Positions 51,045-64,000 are shown, numbered from the stretch's first letter. The stretch: 64,000 bases of DNA from Eledone cirrhosa (GCA_964016885.1 OZ024740.1:193502001-193566000); one strand, 5' to 3'. Notes: generated from the sequence alone by a model not told the origin. Translations and numbers: made by a program.

Positions 51045-51754
51045 GTGGCCGGGTCACTAAGTCAATCTATTTATATCTTTTGCTAGCCTCCCCTTGTCTA
51101 GTGATACCGCCACCTTCCCCTTTCTTAAGTTAACAGAAGGTAATGGGGGAATAGTGATGGTAACAATGAAGGAGTGGTGGCGGCGGTGACTATAGTGATG
51201 GCGTTGTCGTTACTGAGTGTTGTTGAATAGACTGTAGTTTTGTTTGATGTGTATATATGCGTTTGTCGTGTATGTTTAATATATATGTTGACATATTTCC
51301 TTAATATTGGATTTAAACATTTTGTTAAAACTTGAGACAATAATAATAGTAATTATTATTATTATGCTGAGATTGGTGGTGGTGGTGGTGAATTGCCGTT
51401 ATCTGGCTGTTGTATTAGTGTACACAGAGGGGTGATGGGGTAGGTGGTGTATCTAGTTTCTGGTGTTGGTGAAATTGCTGTTATTTGGCTGTTCTATATA
51501 GTGTAGACAGAGGGGGTTTTCTTCCATTTATAACCATTTTCTTTTTTGAATATAAAATGTATAATACAAAATTGAATATTTGAGCGATATAACAATATAT
51601 TATGGATCCGAATTTTTCTGAGACTTGAGTCGGATGCTTTATTTATCATTTGTACTAAGAATTTTTATTTCACAATTGATTTAAATATGTTAAAAATCAA
51701 AAACTTACGGGAGCGATTTCATGACCTTCTATCCACCCCGTGCGTCTTTATCCC

Positions 51755-51756
<2 letters not shown>
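51045..51756 (-). repeat. Conserved non-coding leader upstream of R4 element B
   Basis: Homologous to 42190-42708 and starts directly at the (TAA)n tract 51756-51811. Confidence 0.8.
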
Positions 51757-51811
<55 letters not shown>

Positions 51812-51812
<1 letters not shown>

Positions 51813-52636
51813 TTTGAATCTCAGTCATTGATGTTAGTTAACTGGAAAGTTTGTTGAAATGAATATCAAGCCACTACCTGCAGCCTAAGATATTCAGGAC
51901 TTATCGGAGGGTTCTTGCTGTTCCCAGCAAGCATGCCTTTTGAAGCGTTTCAAAAAGCGTGAAGGGGCCAATTTTCTTTAACCATCCCTGGAAACTTTTT
52001 GAGATAGTCCCTAGTGCGCTTATGACAATCGGGATCACTTTGACTTCATGGCAGTTCCAAATCATTTTTAACTCCCATTTTAAGTCCTGGTATCGGTTAA
52101 TTTTCTCCCTCTCCTTCTCTTGCACTCTCCTGTCGAATGGGCATGCCACATCCAAAATCAGGCACGATATTTTTTTCTTTGGCCACAACCACCAGGTCAG
52201 GTCTATTGTGTTCCAGTTTCTTGTCCGTCTGTATCCTAAAATCCCACAGCACCTTCACCTGATCGTTTTCTATCACCGACTCTGGCTTATGCTCATACCA
52301 CTCCTCAGAATGTGGTAAATTGTTTACTTTGCATAGGTGCCAGTGGATCACCCTGCCCATCGCAACATGTCTCCAGCCCCTATAGTTAATCTGGGCTAGG
52401 TGTTTACACTCGGATACAATGTGAACCACAGTCTCCTCTCTCTCTCCACAGATCCTGCACAGTGGGCTACCCTCCTCCTTGTAAATATGGTGTTTCAACC
52501 ACTTCGTTTTGAGGGCCTGCTCCTGCGCAGCCATTAATATTCCTTCTGTAGCCTTTTTAAGGTCTCCTCTTTTCAACCAGTTCCATGTCTGTGGCTCTCA
52601 AAATTCAGTTTTCTCAAAGAAGGTACTATGAAGGGA
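51812..52636 (-). mobile_element. 5'-truncated copy of R4/Dong family A
   Basis: Highly similar to 38016-38822 (CRICGE, HNRPD, same 3' UTR). The 3' end sits at (TAA)n. Confidence 0.93.
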
Positions 52637-52859
52637 CAAACTTGAGACAGACATTTTTTTATCGTTGTATGAAACAATCAATTGTATATTCCAGGTTGCT
52701 TATACTTAATGAAAAAAACAAAGAAATGGAAATGTAAAGTAATGATAAAACCAACAGAAAACTTATAAGCAAATCAGTAAAACAGATGCAACATACAGAA
52801 GCAAACGTCTAAACCCACTACTCACATAAAATGTTGTTACTATAAATATTTAGGAACAT

Positions 52860-54050
52860 CTAGATGAACACCACTTGTAAAAATGGACGCCTATAACGAA
52901 GCTCCACGCAAGATCTGTAATAAATTGAACATCATAGACGAGCAATAATAAATAAAGCCAGGAAACGAAGAACAATATGTTAGAACCAACGAACCCTACG
53001 AAAAATATATTTTATATATAGATTATCACTATCATATAAATGTTATTGTTAACACTGAAACCACGTTCAAAAAATAGGAACTTAAGTGAGAATCTGCCCG
53101 AACACAACGCGGAGAAAGTACAAGCCCCGAATAACAATGAGTAAAGCAAGAATAAACTAAAACAAAACCGAAAAAATGAAAAACAAACACAAAAAGGTAA
53201 TACCGATGCAGCATAATATTTATTGATTGTATTACAAAAGTTCATATAAAAAATTGTGAAAGATGTACACAAAAGAATCACATAAATGCACGGATGTTCA
53301 AAAACGTACACATTTCGAAGCGCAAATACCGGGAACAAAAATGATAACATTGTAAATGATAGCCCTTAAGTGCCACAAATAATATCAAAAAGACACGAAT
53401 GCACACGAGTCAAATATTCTTCGAATCTATATTTTACTGCAACACTCTAAGTTAAAAAGGAAAGCAATACATACATAAAATCTGGAAAAAAAATCTTGAT
53501 GCGAATCTAAATGTTTTACTACACCAAAATCAATGTTTAGTGAAAGATTGACTCTGTACAAAAATGCACTTCTCATACTGATAGTGTCCAAAATTACTTC
53601 AAACTTAAAAGTGGATGTTACGGCAATGAAAATTACATTAAAATGTAATATTTCTCCCACGCGTGGAATAATTCTAGAAGTGCGGAATCGAGAAAAAAAA
53701 ATGGCGATGTATGAAGAATATGAAATGAATGAACATACAGAGAATCATCATAAACAATTCTAAGATTAACAAACAATGAAATATTGAAATATGAAAACAA
53801 TATATTCCAGTACACCTGAAATGCATAAAGCTCCAAAGAACAACACAGCAGAAATAAACTGCAAGCAATAAATGAGCCTCAACATAATGGAAACACTGCA
53901 GAACGCACCAAGCAAGGAAGAAACAAAGCAAATCAAATACAGTAAAGGGAAAAAATGACCTTATAGCCATGAAGTTCATAGTAGCCCTCAAGGGGATATT
54001 CAAATAAATACACTGATAAAAGTTTACCTTCCTCACACCTAAAACAAACC
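52860..54050 (+). mobile_element. Highly decayed L1/Tx1-like RT remnant
   Basis: Weak collinear motif echoes: IDYHYHINVIVNTE (cf. IDNFRPIILLNTE) and TLYKNALLILIVS...AMKITLK...NREK (cf. AYADDVTVVVS...AIGATLR...NQEK). Confidence 0.35.
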
Positions 54051-55722
54051 GAATAAAACGTACATTAAAACACACATGACAGATCAAACAGATTCGACAT
54101 GAAGGAAGATCTTATAGAAACAATAAATAAAATTGGAGGGGAAAGTACAAATAGATATACATAAACCACCGGAAACCTCCGAGGAATGTATATACGAACA
54201 TACAGTTAGATTAACGAAAGAACAATGTAAGAAGGTCTTTTATCTCAAAATAGAGGAATATCGAGAGAATAACTTTTTCCAGTAGCTAAACCTAACAAAA
54301 TATAAAGAAAATATGCTACATACAATTGAAAAGTTCACCTGTAAGACCTATCTTTATTTAACGAAATGCATTAGTGGCGAGTCCCATCCCTGAAAGGTAA
54401 ATGAATATACATAATCTATAATAAAACGCCTCGTGTAGGTTCATATATTTATTTTTCTGACCGTAAAATCTTAAATAATATCTCTTTTCTTTTCATTCTC
54501 CCGTCTGACTTTAAATTTTTTTTTTTTTACCGCTACTTCAGCCTTCCATTTCGTGATTGTACGTTTATAATCAAATGTTCTCCTCCTGTCCATCACAGGT
54601 GCATTGCTACTAGGCTAAAAATGGACTGAGAAGGAGTATCAGATGTACGATGATAATGTGTATTAGAATATAATTTTCATTATGGCAAGAGAATGAGAGA
54701 AAAAAAAGAGATAAACAAAGAGGAGTTTGACGTCAACAGTACTAAAACGGAGATTACAGAGATTGAAAGAGACACAAACCAAGAAAGAGAAAAGGAGGTG
54801 CGAGAAAGACAGGTAGGTGGTTGAAATTAAATAAAAACTGTTTATTTAAAACGATACACGTTAATATAATATTGAATATTGGCCTCTAGCAAAGAACTCA
54901 ATAACTCTTTAACAGTAATCAACTGAGAAGCACATGTGTTTAAGAAATATTATAATTACTGGCTGAATCACCTGCCACCTTGAATCTACACCAACAGCAA
55001 CATTCAGGTAACTAGGGATTATCTATAAATTACGACCACAATTGGTATTGGAGCGGAAAATATGAGATTACCACAAAACAAATCACGTATAGTAGCAATG
55101 CAAACACAATTCTACATATAAAAATCAATATTGCGTAAACAACAGGAAGATCGCTGTATACCAATTAGAATATATGAACTTCTATTAACAAGAGAATAAT
55201 TGTTCAATATTAGTAGAAACGATTCTCATAAACTAGAATAAGACATTTATGATACTTCAATTCTCAACTAAATGGATCTTTAAAACAATTCCGACAATTA
55301 TCTAACAAATATAATTCAAGTGAAATCTCAATATAATTCTATAAACTGAATCACATTTAAACTCGAAGTCTGAAACTGTATAATATGACAAAAGATAAAT
55401 ACAAGTACATGAATTGTAAATTATGAAAAAAGAATCCACAGATACATATATTTAACGAGAGAACGCATGATAATGGTCGTTTCAAGAGCCTATCTGAGAT
55501 TCTGGTGCTTGTCAATTATAATAGGTGTAATTTAATAATGTCGGCAACAGAATGTGCAACCGGTTTCATTTATTCCATGGCCTGATATGGTCATCCTTTT
55601 CTTTCTTCGAATCCAGGACCCAGATGAGAAACATCTGCACGATATCTTTACGAAGTGTTTTCTTCTGCAGATTACAACTTATGGGTAAATTATATAGGTG
55701 ATGTGTAAAATCGTATTGTAAT

Positions 55723-55774
<52 letters not shown>

Positions 55775-55797
55775 ATATGTGTGTGTGTGTGTATATA

Positions 55798-55874
<77 letters not shown>

Positions 55875-56289
55875 GTGTGTGTGTGTTACACTAAGATTTT
55901 ACATATATATATATATATTCAGGGCTTCTGAAATCAGAATACAGACTACAGACTAATCAAAGGGTTACTGTAGTTGATGAGACCGAGAGAAATAATATGG
56001 TTGTTGAAATGCTGGAGAAGAGGGAAAACAACCCAAACTTTCAGAATCTGTCGTAGACCTCTGATGAAGATAAACACAAAGACCAATGTGTTCTGTTGGT
56101 CTAAGAAACCCACTGAAGTGGTTGTGTAGCCTCTCTCCTACTCCTATATTTACCGCCTGGGCTGCCATTTCTGAGAGAGTGTTTATTGGCCTATTCTTCT
56201 TCCAAGAAAATGTTGTCACTGTTACAGTCACCTCTAATGAATATATTCTTCTTCCACCAAGAATGGGCAAGCCCTTACACCTCGAATAA

Positions 56290-56632
56290 GTCGCAAGTAT
56301 GGCTGAAAAAGAACTTCAGAAATCGTTTAAAAATGTGATGACGGATTTTGAATTGAGCCCAAAGACTCCTGATTTAAGCGCCTATGTTTCTGGCAATGGA
56401 TCTCTCAGAATGGTAGGGTGTATATCAACAGAGCCAAGACAATTACTGAACTAAAGCAACACATCGAAGCCATCCGCAGGTTCCTTTGTAAAGACATCAT
56501 TCTAAGCCTCACCATGCGCCTCGAAAAAGGCAAGAATTTAAATGGGGACCCGTTGAACATATACTGTAAATCTGGGCAGAAATGTCATAAGTAAATGTTT
56601 AAAATGTCCGTTTCTATGGGTTGAACTAAGTA
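56290..56632 (+). mobile_element. Tc1/mariner-superfamily transposase 3' remnant
   Basis: Translates as ELSPKTPDLSA (cf. WPPRSPDLNP), then VYINRAKTITELKQHIE. Confidence 0.55.
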
Positions 56633-56687
56633 TATCCAGTCTTTCCTCAGTTGTTTGACAAAAAGTGAGTGATGTAGACAATATATA

Positions 56688-56766
<79 letters not shown>

Positions 56767-56795
56767 TCTCTCTGTATATATATATATATATATAA

Positions 56796-56968
56796 TAGTA
56801 GAACACTCGAGGGTTATATCCATAGTAGTAGAGCACTCAGTCCATAGGACGAGTTTGGTAGAAGTAATTCCACAAGAGTTAGTTCACCAGACAGAGCTGA
56901 AGATCCGCATAAAGCGAAACATTTGTTCTTTGAATTGTGAACTAATTGTTGTAGAACTACTGCTACTT
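56796..56968 (+). mobile_element. Hammerhead-centred hairpin mini-element from the pLTR family of the 12.0-13.4 kb PLE
   Basis: HHR CAGAG-CTGAAGA-TCCGCATAAAGC-GAAACATTTGT-T-CTTTG at 56892-56932. Arms 56857-56896 and 56928-56967 are imperfect reverse complements. 56796-56896 matches 12053-12156. Confidence 0.75.
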
Positions 56969-56974
56969 ATATAT

Positions 56975-57096
<122 letters not shown>

Positions 57097-57169
57097 AACA
57101 TGGGGAGAAAAATACTGCATGGTTGCACATGGATTACATATTATAAAATTAGTCCCTCATCAGTGATTT

Positions 57170-60100
57170 GCCAACGATCATTGGTATTTCATCGCAAAGA
57201 ACGAATGCTGGTGACACATGATCTTGGATCAAAATGCGATCAATCAACCGGTGCTAGCATTTGACACGGAAGAGTCAAGGTGGTAGCGTAAAGAAGTTCA
57301 GCTGAGGAGAAACCCAAATCTGTGTTAACAGCAGAACGACAACCAAGAAGCACGATTGGCAAAAAATTCGGTCCAACTTTGCGGATCGGGAGTAGCGCAG
57401 AGTGCTGCTTTCAACTGTCTGTGAAACCTCTCCACGATTCCGTTGGAGGCTGGCTGATAGCTGGTCGTATGAATGTGATGAGCACCCAAACGTCGTGATA
57501 TTTCATGAAATAAGGAAGCCTCGAACTGACGTCCCCGATCCGTGGTTATTTTAGAAGGAACACCAAAGCGAACAACCCAATTGGAAATGAAAGCTCGGGC
57601 AACGGACTCGGCTGTTATGTCCACTAGGGTTATGGCTTCAGGCCACCGAGAGTAACGATCAATACAGGTCAATATATATGTGAACCCACGTCTAACGGGC
57701 CAAGGACCAACAATGTCCAAATGAATGTGACGGAAACGGGCGTCCGGCGGGCTGAATTTACCAAGAGGAGCGCGAACATGCCGATGAACCTTTGAGCGCT
57801 GACACTGCAAACAAGAACGTGCCCAACCGGTGATTAAACTACGCATGTTAGGCCAGAAAATTCGGGCCGTGATGAACTTCACCGTGGCAGCTATGCCGGG
57901 ATGCGACAAGGAATGAAGTGCATCAAAAATGGTACGCTGATGACAATCTGGAACAAGTGGTCTGGGTGAGCCGGTAGAAATATCGCAAAGAATTTTCTCT
58001 TCAGCAGAGGGAAGAGGTAAATATTCAAATTTACAGCAGGAAAACTGGGTAGAAGAAGTATCCAGAGAATCCATAAAGGTTGGTCAGTCGCAATGGCAAC
58101 CAAATCAATATGTGCAGGAGACGCAAGGAAGCACACAGGGAGTTGAGACAGTGCGTCCGCGGGTACGTTGGCAGCTCCAGCTATATGACGAATGTCACTG
58201 GTGTACTGGGAGATGAAATCCAAATGCCTGTATGCCTGGGGAGATTAATTGTCGGACTTGGATTGAAGAGCGAATGTGAGTGGTTTATGGGCAAGAAGAT
58301 GGTGGAAGTGTCTCACAGCAAGATAAACTGCTAAAGGCTCTCTGTCAAAAGTACTGTAACGTTGCTCTGCTGGTTTTAGTTGGCATTAGAAAAACGCCAG
58401 TGGTTGAAACTGGTGGTTGATTGTATGTTGCAAGACTGCTCCGACAACATGAACGACCGCATCGACAGTTAAGGATAGCCTCGCGTTCGCAAAAGGATGA
58501 ACCAGAAAGGAAACTTTAGCTATTTCGGACTTGACGGATTCGAAAGATTGCAACGCATCGGCAGAAAGTGAAATGGGAGCATCTTTCTTTTTCGCAGCCT
58601 TTAAAAATTGTGTCAAGGGAAACAACTTTTCCGCACAGTTAGGAATGAAACGACGATAAAAGTTGATTAATCCTAAGAAATGATGTAACTGCCTCAATGA
58701 GGTGGGGGGGGGGATTCGCTGAATCTCTTCCACCTTAGATGGTAAAGGTCGAATGCCTTCTGAAACTATCAGATGTCCTAGGAATTCCAGTGAAGCTGTA
58801 CCAAACACACATTTAGCTGGGTTGATTCTGACCTGGTACGATTGAAGACGTTGAAATAACTGAGATAGATGTTGATGATGATGTTCAGTTGTATCGTTGG
58901 CTATTAGGAGGTCATCCACATAAGCAAACACGAAATCCAATCCATGCATGACTTCATCGATAACACGTTGGAACGTGCTAGAGGCATTCCGCAAACCAAA
59001 AGGCATGGACAGGAATTCAAATGAACCAACGGAGGTGGTCACGGCTGTCTTTGGTATATACTCTGGATTCATTGGTATCTGGTGGTATGCACATATTAGA
59101 TTTATTTCGGAAAATATCGTGCATCCATGAAGAACGGATGAAAAATCCTGTAGGTTGGTTAAAGGATAAAGATCAGGTGTGGTGATAGCGTTAAGTCTTC
59201 GGTAATCTCCTACCGGTCTAAAATCCGCGTCACACTTTCGAGCCAAGTGCAGTGGGATGCCCATGGGCTGGTGGAAGGTCGTATTAGACCAAGCTGGAGC
59301 ATGTGCTCGAACTCGTCTCGGGCTTTTTTTAGTCTATCCGGAGCCAACCTTCGTGGACGAGAGAAAATAGGTGTACCAGTCGTTGTAATGAAGTGTTGAG
59401 TCGAGTGGACTGCCTGGGTAGGTTTAAATGACATCTACCAAAATTGAATAGTGCTGTTAGAAACCCGCACCGAAGATAGGTTGAAGTAGGTCGGCAATGA
59501 AGAAAATCCATTTAAAATCTCGTCGCCAAGCTAGGTCCAATGATAAATATATCTGTCCATAGGTTTTTATAGGAGACTGGTTCACTGCATACAACGAAAT
59601 GCTGGAAAAAGTTGGCCTGGTAGAGCTGAATTGTAAGGGCCAAATACTGCAACTTGATCCTGTGTCGATCATGAATGACTTGTTTGAGACTCAGTCTCTG
59701 ATAAAGAAAGCACGATAAGGTGAAATGTTAAGGGAGAGGTCTGCCGTGCCCAGGCTCTCCAAATTTAGTTTTCCGATGCCCCCAAAAGAGCAGGGCTTGA
59801 TACAATGATGTGCCTTATCACTGAAACACGCATGGTACCAACACAAAGAAGAACTGCTGGCTGGGGATTTGGTACGTCGGTGAGAAGAAAAAGACCGACT
59901 TCGTGAACGCCGCCTATGTGGCTCTCGATCACGACACAGTTTAGCTACTTCACGTGTTAACCCGTCAATAGTTCTCAACATGGCTTCCTCACTAGGTGAG
60001 GCAGGCTGTTTTTTAAGAATAGAAGAAGCAATTTCCGAATCAAACGAGGTAGGTCCCCTAGAAAATTCCATAATCCTGTCCGCAGAGGCAGCAATTTGTT

Positions 60101-61094
60101 CTATAGAACTGTTGTCAACCATATACGCCAATGTGGTTTGCACATTGGTTGGCAATCGGGAGAAGAATAAGTTCTTTACGAAGGAACTATCTTCGGGCGC
60201 AGCATCGGTGAGTTCTTGGATACGCCTCAAAAATTCTGAAAGTGTTCTGTCCCGCAGATTTTCATCTTCCAATAATGAACGAAATCTACTCTCAGACGAC
60301 CTACTGTTCCTACGCAGTACCTCTATCTTCAGAGACTCATAGGAGGCGCCTTGTGGACGGTCTGTTATGATGTCATTTACGGTAGTTGCCAGCAAAGCGC
60401 GAATTCCACTAATCAGCACGTGTAGTTTTTGCTGTGCTGCCTGTACTCCGTTGGCAGCAGAATACGCATCTAGCTGGGCAAACCACAATTTAGCATCGCC
60501 AGAATACCCGGTAACGATGTGTTGCTCATAATTGTGACACGGTGGATGCTGCGCGAGGAATGCTTATAGACAAAACTTGGTCGGATTAACAGAAGCGAGA
60601 GAGATGATTTTCAGGAGTAAATTTTATGTTCAAACATCGGGTCACCGCTTTAGTGGATTCGTCATAGGGTTATGTACTCCAGTAAATACCATCGCATGCC
60701 AACCACTAATTTAATTTGAAATAAGATATAGAAGAACTTTTATGTAATTTTCCTTCGTTAGAATTATCTCTCTACATTCGAAGTAATAATTGAAGCATAA
60801 CGAATATCTCAAAACGAGTATCAATAACAATTTCTATTTATTGTCGAACGTCTATTACAATTTGGTAGTAAAACGTACCTTGTTACATGATAGAAGTGTA
60901 ATACTGAAATACAAGATATGATTAGAAAAAGCTTAACATATTTGTGCTCGGTGTGGTCAGTTCGAGAGCCTGCTGCCAAATAGGGAGATTGCCCTTTTCT
61001 CTTTCTTTTATAATACCTGGAACGTAAGTTCAAGAAATGTTCCAGAAATTCTACTGGAGGTAACTCTAGCTACTTCCCTTTATCTAGAGAGTGC

Positions 61095-61098
<4 letters not shown>
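57170..61098 (-). mobile_element. Gypsy/Ty3 LTR retrotransposon (decayed; 3' LTR not seen)
   Basis: Gag (WFAQL, CWYH...AHHC), protease (IDTGS), RT (YHQIP, MPFGL, YVDD), RNase H (TVDA) and integrase (HPG...CLQC, IHLDIVGP, TTDRG, NGIVERFH), in RT-RH-IN order. Confidence 0.95.
60649..61098 (-). repeat. 5' LTR of the Gypsy element, followed by PBS
   Basis: Minus strand begins TGTAGCAC directly after (TA)n and contains TATAAA and AATAAA. It is followed by PBS-like CGGTGACCCGA at about 60637-60647. Confidence 0.65.
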
Positions 61099-61134
<36 letters not shown>

Positions 61135-61537
61135 ACAAAATACACGTTTCTTTTGTGAATGAATTGTTTTCCGATTCACCCTATTCTTACTCTCTATCTT
61201 TCTATTTCATCTTTCATTTTTCATTCTATATTCTCTATAAAAACTAGCGTCCTTAATCTTAATCTTTATTCCTGCTATTTCGGGTGTTAAAGTAATACAT
61301 TTCTCCGTTGTACTGTGTTATATCTGTTTATAATTTGCAAATATATATATATATATATTTAATACAATAACAGAGAAAGCTTTAAGCTAAACTCTGACTG
61401 GTAACCATCTCACTCAACAAACATTAGGATATACGTTAGTATAATCCCAATTTTGTGTTTGGGGTGCTAACTATATGTATTTTGTGGAAAGCCAGTTGTA
61501 TTATTTTATATGAGATATAATTAAAATTAAAATATAT

Positions 61538-61641
<104 letters not shown>

Positions 61642-61799
61642 TGTGTGTGTATGTGTGTGTGTGTGTGTGTACATATAATGTGTTTATAATATAAGAAGAT
61701 GTTCGATGCATTTATTGAGGGTCCGAAACTTTCTGCGAAAATATCCCTTGACGGCACAGATAATTGAAAGTGTGTCTCACCATATTTCACATTGCAAAG

Positions 61800-62810
61800 T
61801 CAAAACAGGCAGCCATTCCAAATGTCCTTAAAATCACAGTATGCTATATGATACATGATACTTTTATATATTCATGTTAGCTAAAGATTAATGTATTTCT
61901 ATATTTGGAGATATTCGACAAAGCATACGACTATAATTCACTTGTGAAATGATTTCAACGTCACAGTACCTATCTTAAAATGTACTTAATCTCTCTTGCA
62001 TACGAGCTATCAAGCATGTTCCCTAAAACGCGTTAGAATATTACAGGGTTGATTCGCAATGCAAGCAATTAATATACCCTTAAAATATTGGTATGAATCT
62101 CAGAGTATCATCACTTTTTCATTACATCTAAGGTATTTTATCCTTTCAGAACGAAAATAATAATATCATAATAATAGGAATATATAAGACAATGATTGTA
62201 CATTATTTCATTTTAAGCATTTTGTTTATAGCCTGAAATTCTACATGGTATTTCCTTCGTATTTCTACGAGTTAACGCAGATGTGCATAACAATTTAGAC
62301 ATTCCATTGCATATGATTTTTCCTACAGAATCTCCAGCTACGGTATGTAAGTATGCAACTGTGGATTGTTTAGTCAAGTAATTTTCTCTAGGTGGCATAC
62401 TTGTATCCATTTCTCCAAATTCACATTTGTTTTGATTTTAAATATTATGATATTAGGTAATAATTGTTTCTACTGTTGGCACAAGGCCAGCAATTACCCA
62501 GTGTATTACTGGTACTTTATTTTATCGACCTCATAAGGATGAAAGGCAACGTTAACCTCGGCGAGATTTGAACTCAGAATGGCAAGGGCCGTAACTCTAT
62601 GCGTAAAAGTATGGCGTCCGACCCTCTACAGATACTGCCAATACACCAGGTAATAATGTTTGCAAATCTATTTCTACGTTTCAACATCTAACGAAGAATA
62701 CAAAATATCAATGCATTGTAAAAACATATAGGTTATTGGATCAGACGATTCTAAACAGTTTCAAGACCAGTAGTGACCTGCAGTATGACAATATTTTTCT
62801 GTAAACTCTC
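61800..62810 (-). mobile_element. Highly decayed piggyBac-like transposase remnant interrupted by a SINE
   Basis: Weak motif echoes across frameshifts: LKLFRI...YV (cf. YGIKIF..CD..T.Y) and TRRNTKEIP (cf. GTLRKNKREIP). Confidence 0.35.
62463..62647 (-). mobile_element. tRNA-derived SINE, full length, TSD AGGTAATAAT
   Basis: Same family as the other copies. AGGTAATAAT occurs at 62455-62464 and 62648-62657. Confidence 0.9.
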
Positions 62811-62899
62811 TCCCTCTCTCCCTCTCTGTATGTATATGATTATTTGTAGATATGTATGTGTGATATAACACCTGCAACCCTGATGGTATCCAATGATGT

Positions 62900-63155
62900 T
62901 GACTTGTTCTTCTTTTTGGTAAATATCATCTTGGTTAAGAGAGTGGGACTGGCTTTGTGCAGTGCCTTTGCTCACTATAAAAGCTTCATGGCACAGGCAT
63001 TGCTTTATATCTGGAGATCTCTCTGCACTTGTCGTCACATGGTACCATGGGCCCAGCACTATGTGTCAATAATTGTCACAAGTGTAGTGTTTGTACCAGA
63101 GTTGTCAAGTCGCTGGCTGGACTAAAATGTCACACTCGTTCAGCGCATCGGTAGG
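62900..63155 (+). mobile_element. RTE-like LINE C-terminal remnant
   Basis: MAQ...WRSLC followed by the terminal C2H2-like CSVCTRVVKSLAGLKCHTRSAHR*. Confidence 0.5.
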
Positions 63156-63203
63156 TGTTCTCCTACTCGAAAACGAGTTGGCAGCCACCATATATATATA
63201 TAT

Positions 63204-63270
63204 ATTGTATGTAAACTTACCCCTTTATATTTGTCCCCTTCTTTTGTGCCCCTGTGGCTAATAAAGAAAC
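63204..63270 (+). mobile_element. Tx1-like 3' terminal fragment
   Basis: GCCCCTGTGGCTAATAAAGAAAC matches the Tx1 3' ends at about 32135-32158 and 37950-37973. Confidence 0.65.
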
Positions 63271-63273
63271 TTA

Positions 63274-63350
<77 letters not shown>

Positions 63351-63360
<10 letters not shown>

Positions 63361-63925
63361 CGTAAAATAAGAAAATTATAAAATTAACTTACTTACTAAA
63401 ATATCACTTCCAACTAATTAGTTTCTGGAATGGAGTAAATATATTTTCCGATGAAGATATATAGAAACATTCCGTCGTCAGGGAAGTCTATTCTCAGATA
63501 AGTTTCCAGGCAAAGCGAGGACTCTGGAAACTTATTAAAAAATAATTCAGTGGATAGGAAATAGCAAAGCGTGGAGTGAATTCCTAGCTATTGAGAAACT
63601 CACTGCCTCTGCGTCTGTGGCAAATTCAAAAAGAATCAATCACGTGACATCGAGGTCAATCAGTGGAAAGTGGTTTGCTAATAAGACAGCGGCCTGCCTA
63701 CTACCATAGCATCAGTCATGGCCAATATTGCTCGACAAAAAATTTGGAGATAATTATAAAGAATTAATATCTAGTAACATATATATACATACAGATGCAT
63801 ATCAATGCTAGCAAATATATAGGTTTTGTCTTAGTAACATTATGGTTCAATGCATGGAGTTGCAGAACAATAATATGAGAGACGTCAAATAAGAAAATTA
63901 TAAAATTAACTTACTTACTAAAGTA
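63351..63925 (+). repeat. 522-bp unit bounded by ~50-bp direct repeats, containing a degenerate HHR
   Basis: ATATGAGAGACGT(A/C)AAATAAGAAAATTATAAAATTAACTTACTTACTAAA at 63351 and 63873. TTCCGATGAAGATATATAGAAACATTCCGTCGTCAGGGAA at about 63446-63485. Confidence 0.7.
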
Positions 63926-64000
63926 TATATATGTTACTAGATACTAATGTATATATATGTTACTAGATATTAATTCTTTATAATTATCTCCAAATTATTT

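Noticed and set aside
57100-57165. Minus-strand CTGATGA-GGGACTA...TAATCC hammerhead-like remnant
   Set aside because: The GAAA box and stem III are missing; too degenerate to list as a ribozyme.

Overview
Eukaryotic, AT- and microsatellite-rich DNA made almost entirely of transposable elements. It is most likely from an octopus or other coleoid cephalopod (inferred from the tRNA-derived SINE and the repeat landscape). I found no convincing host gene. Contents: (i) a ~27 kb nest (about 25.2-52.6 kb) of non-LTR retrotransposons inserted in (ATT/TAA)n tracts, with three Tx1/L1-type APE elements on + and four R4/Dong-type RLE elements or fragments on -; (ii) several Penelope-like elements (PLEs) and many pseudo-LTR (pLTR) fragments with hammerhead ribozyme (HHR) motifs, several forming fold-back palindromes whose axis lies in a hammerhead helix; (iii) a decayed Gypsy element retaining its 5' LTR and PBS; (iv) an internally deleted Chapaev3-type DNA transposon with TIRs and TAA TSD; (v) six tRNA-SINE copies whose 3' tail resembles the Tx1 3' end; (vi) Helitron, Tc1/mariner, piggyBac, RTE and old L1 remnants; (vii) a 616-bp tandem duplication and a pyrimidine-rich minisatellite. 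Family names come from motif recognition by eye, not database searches. Most short ORFs in the track are microsatellite or antisense artefacts.
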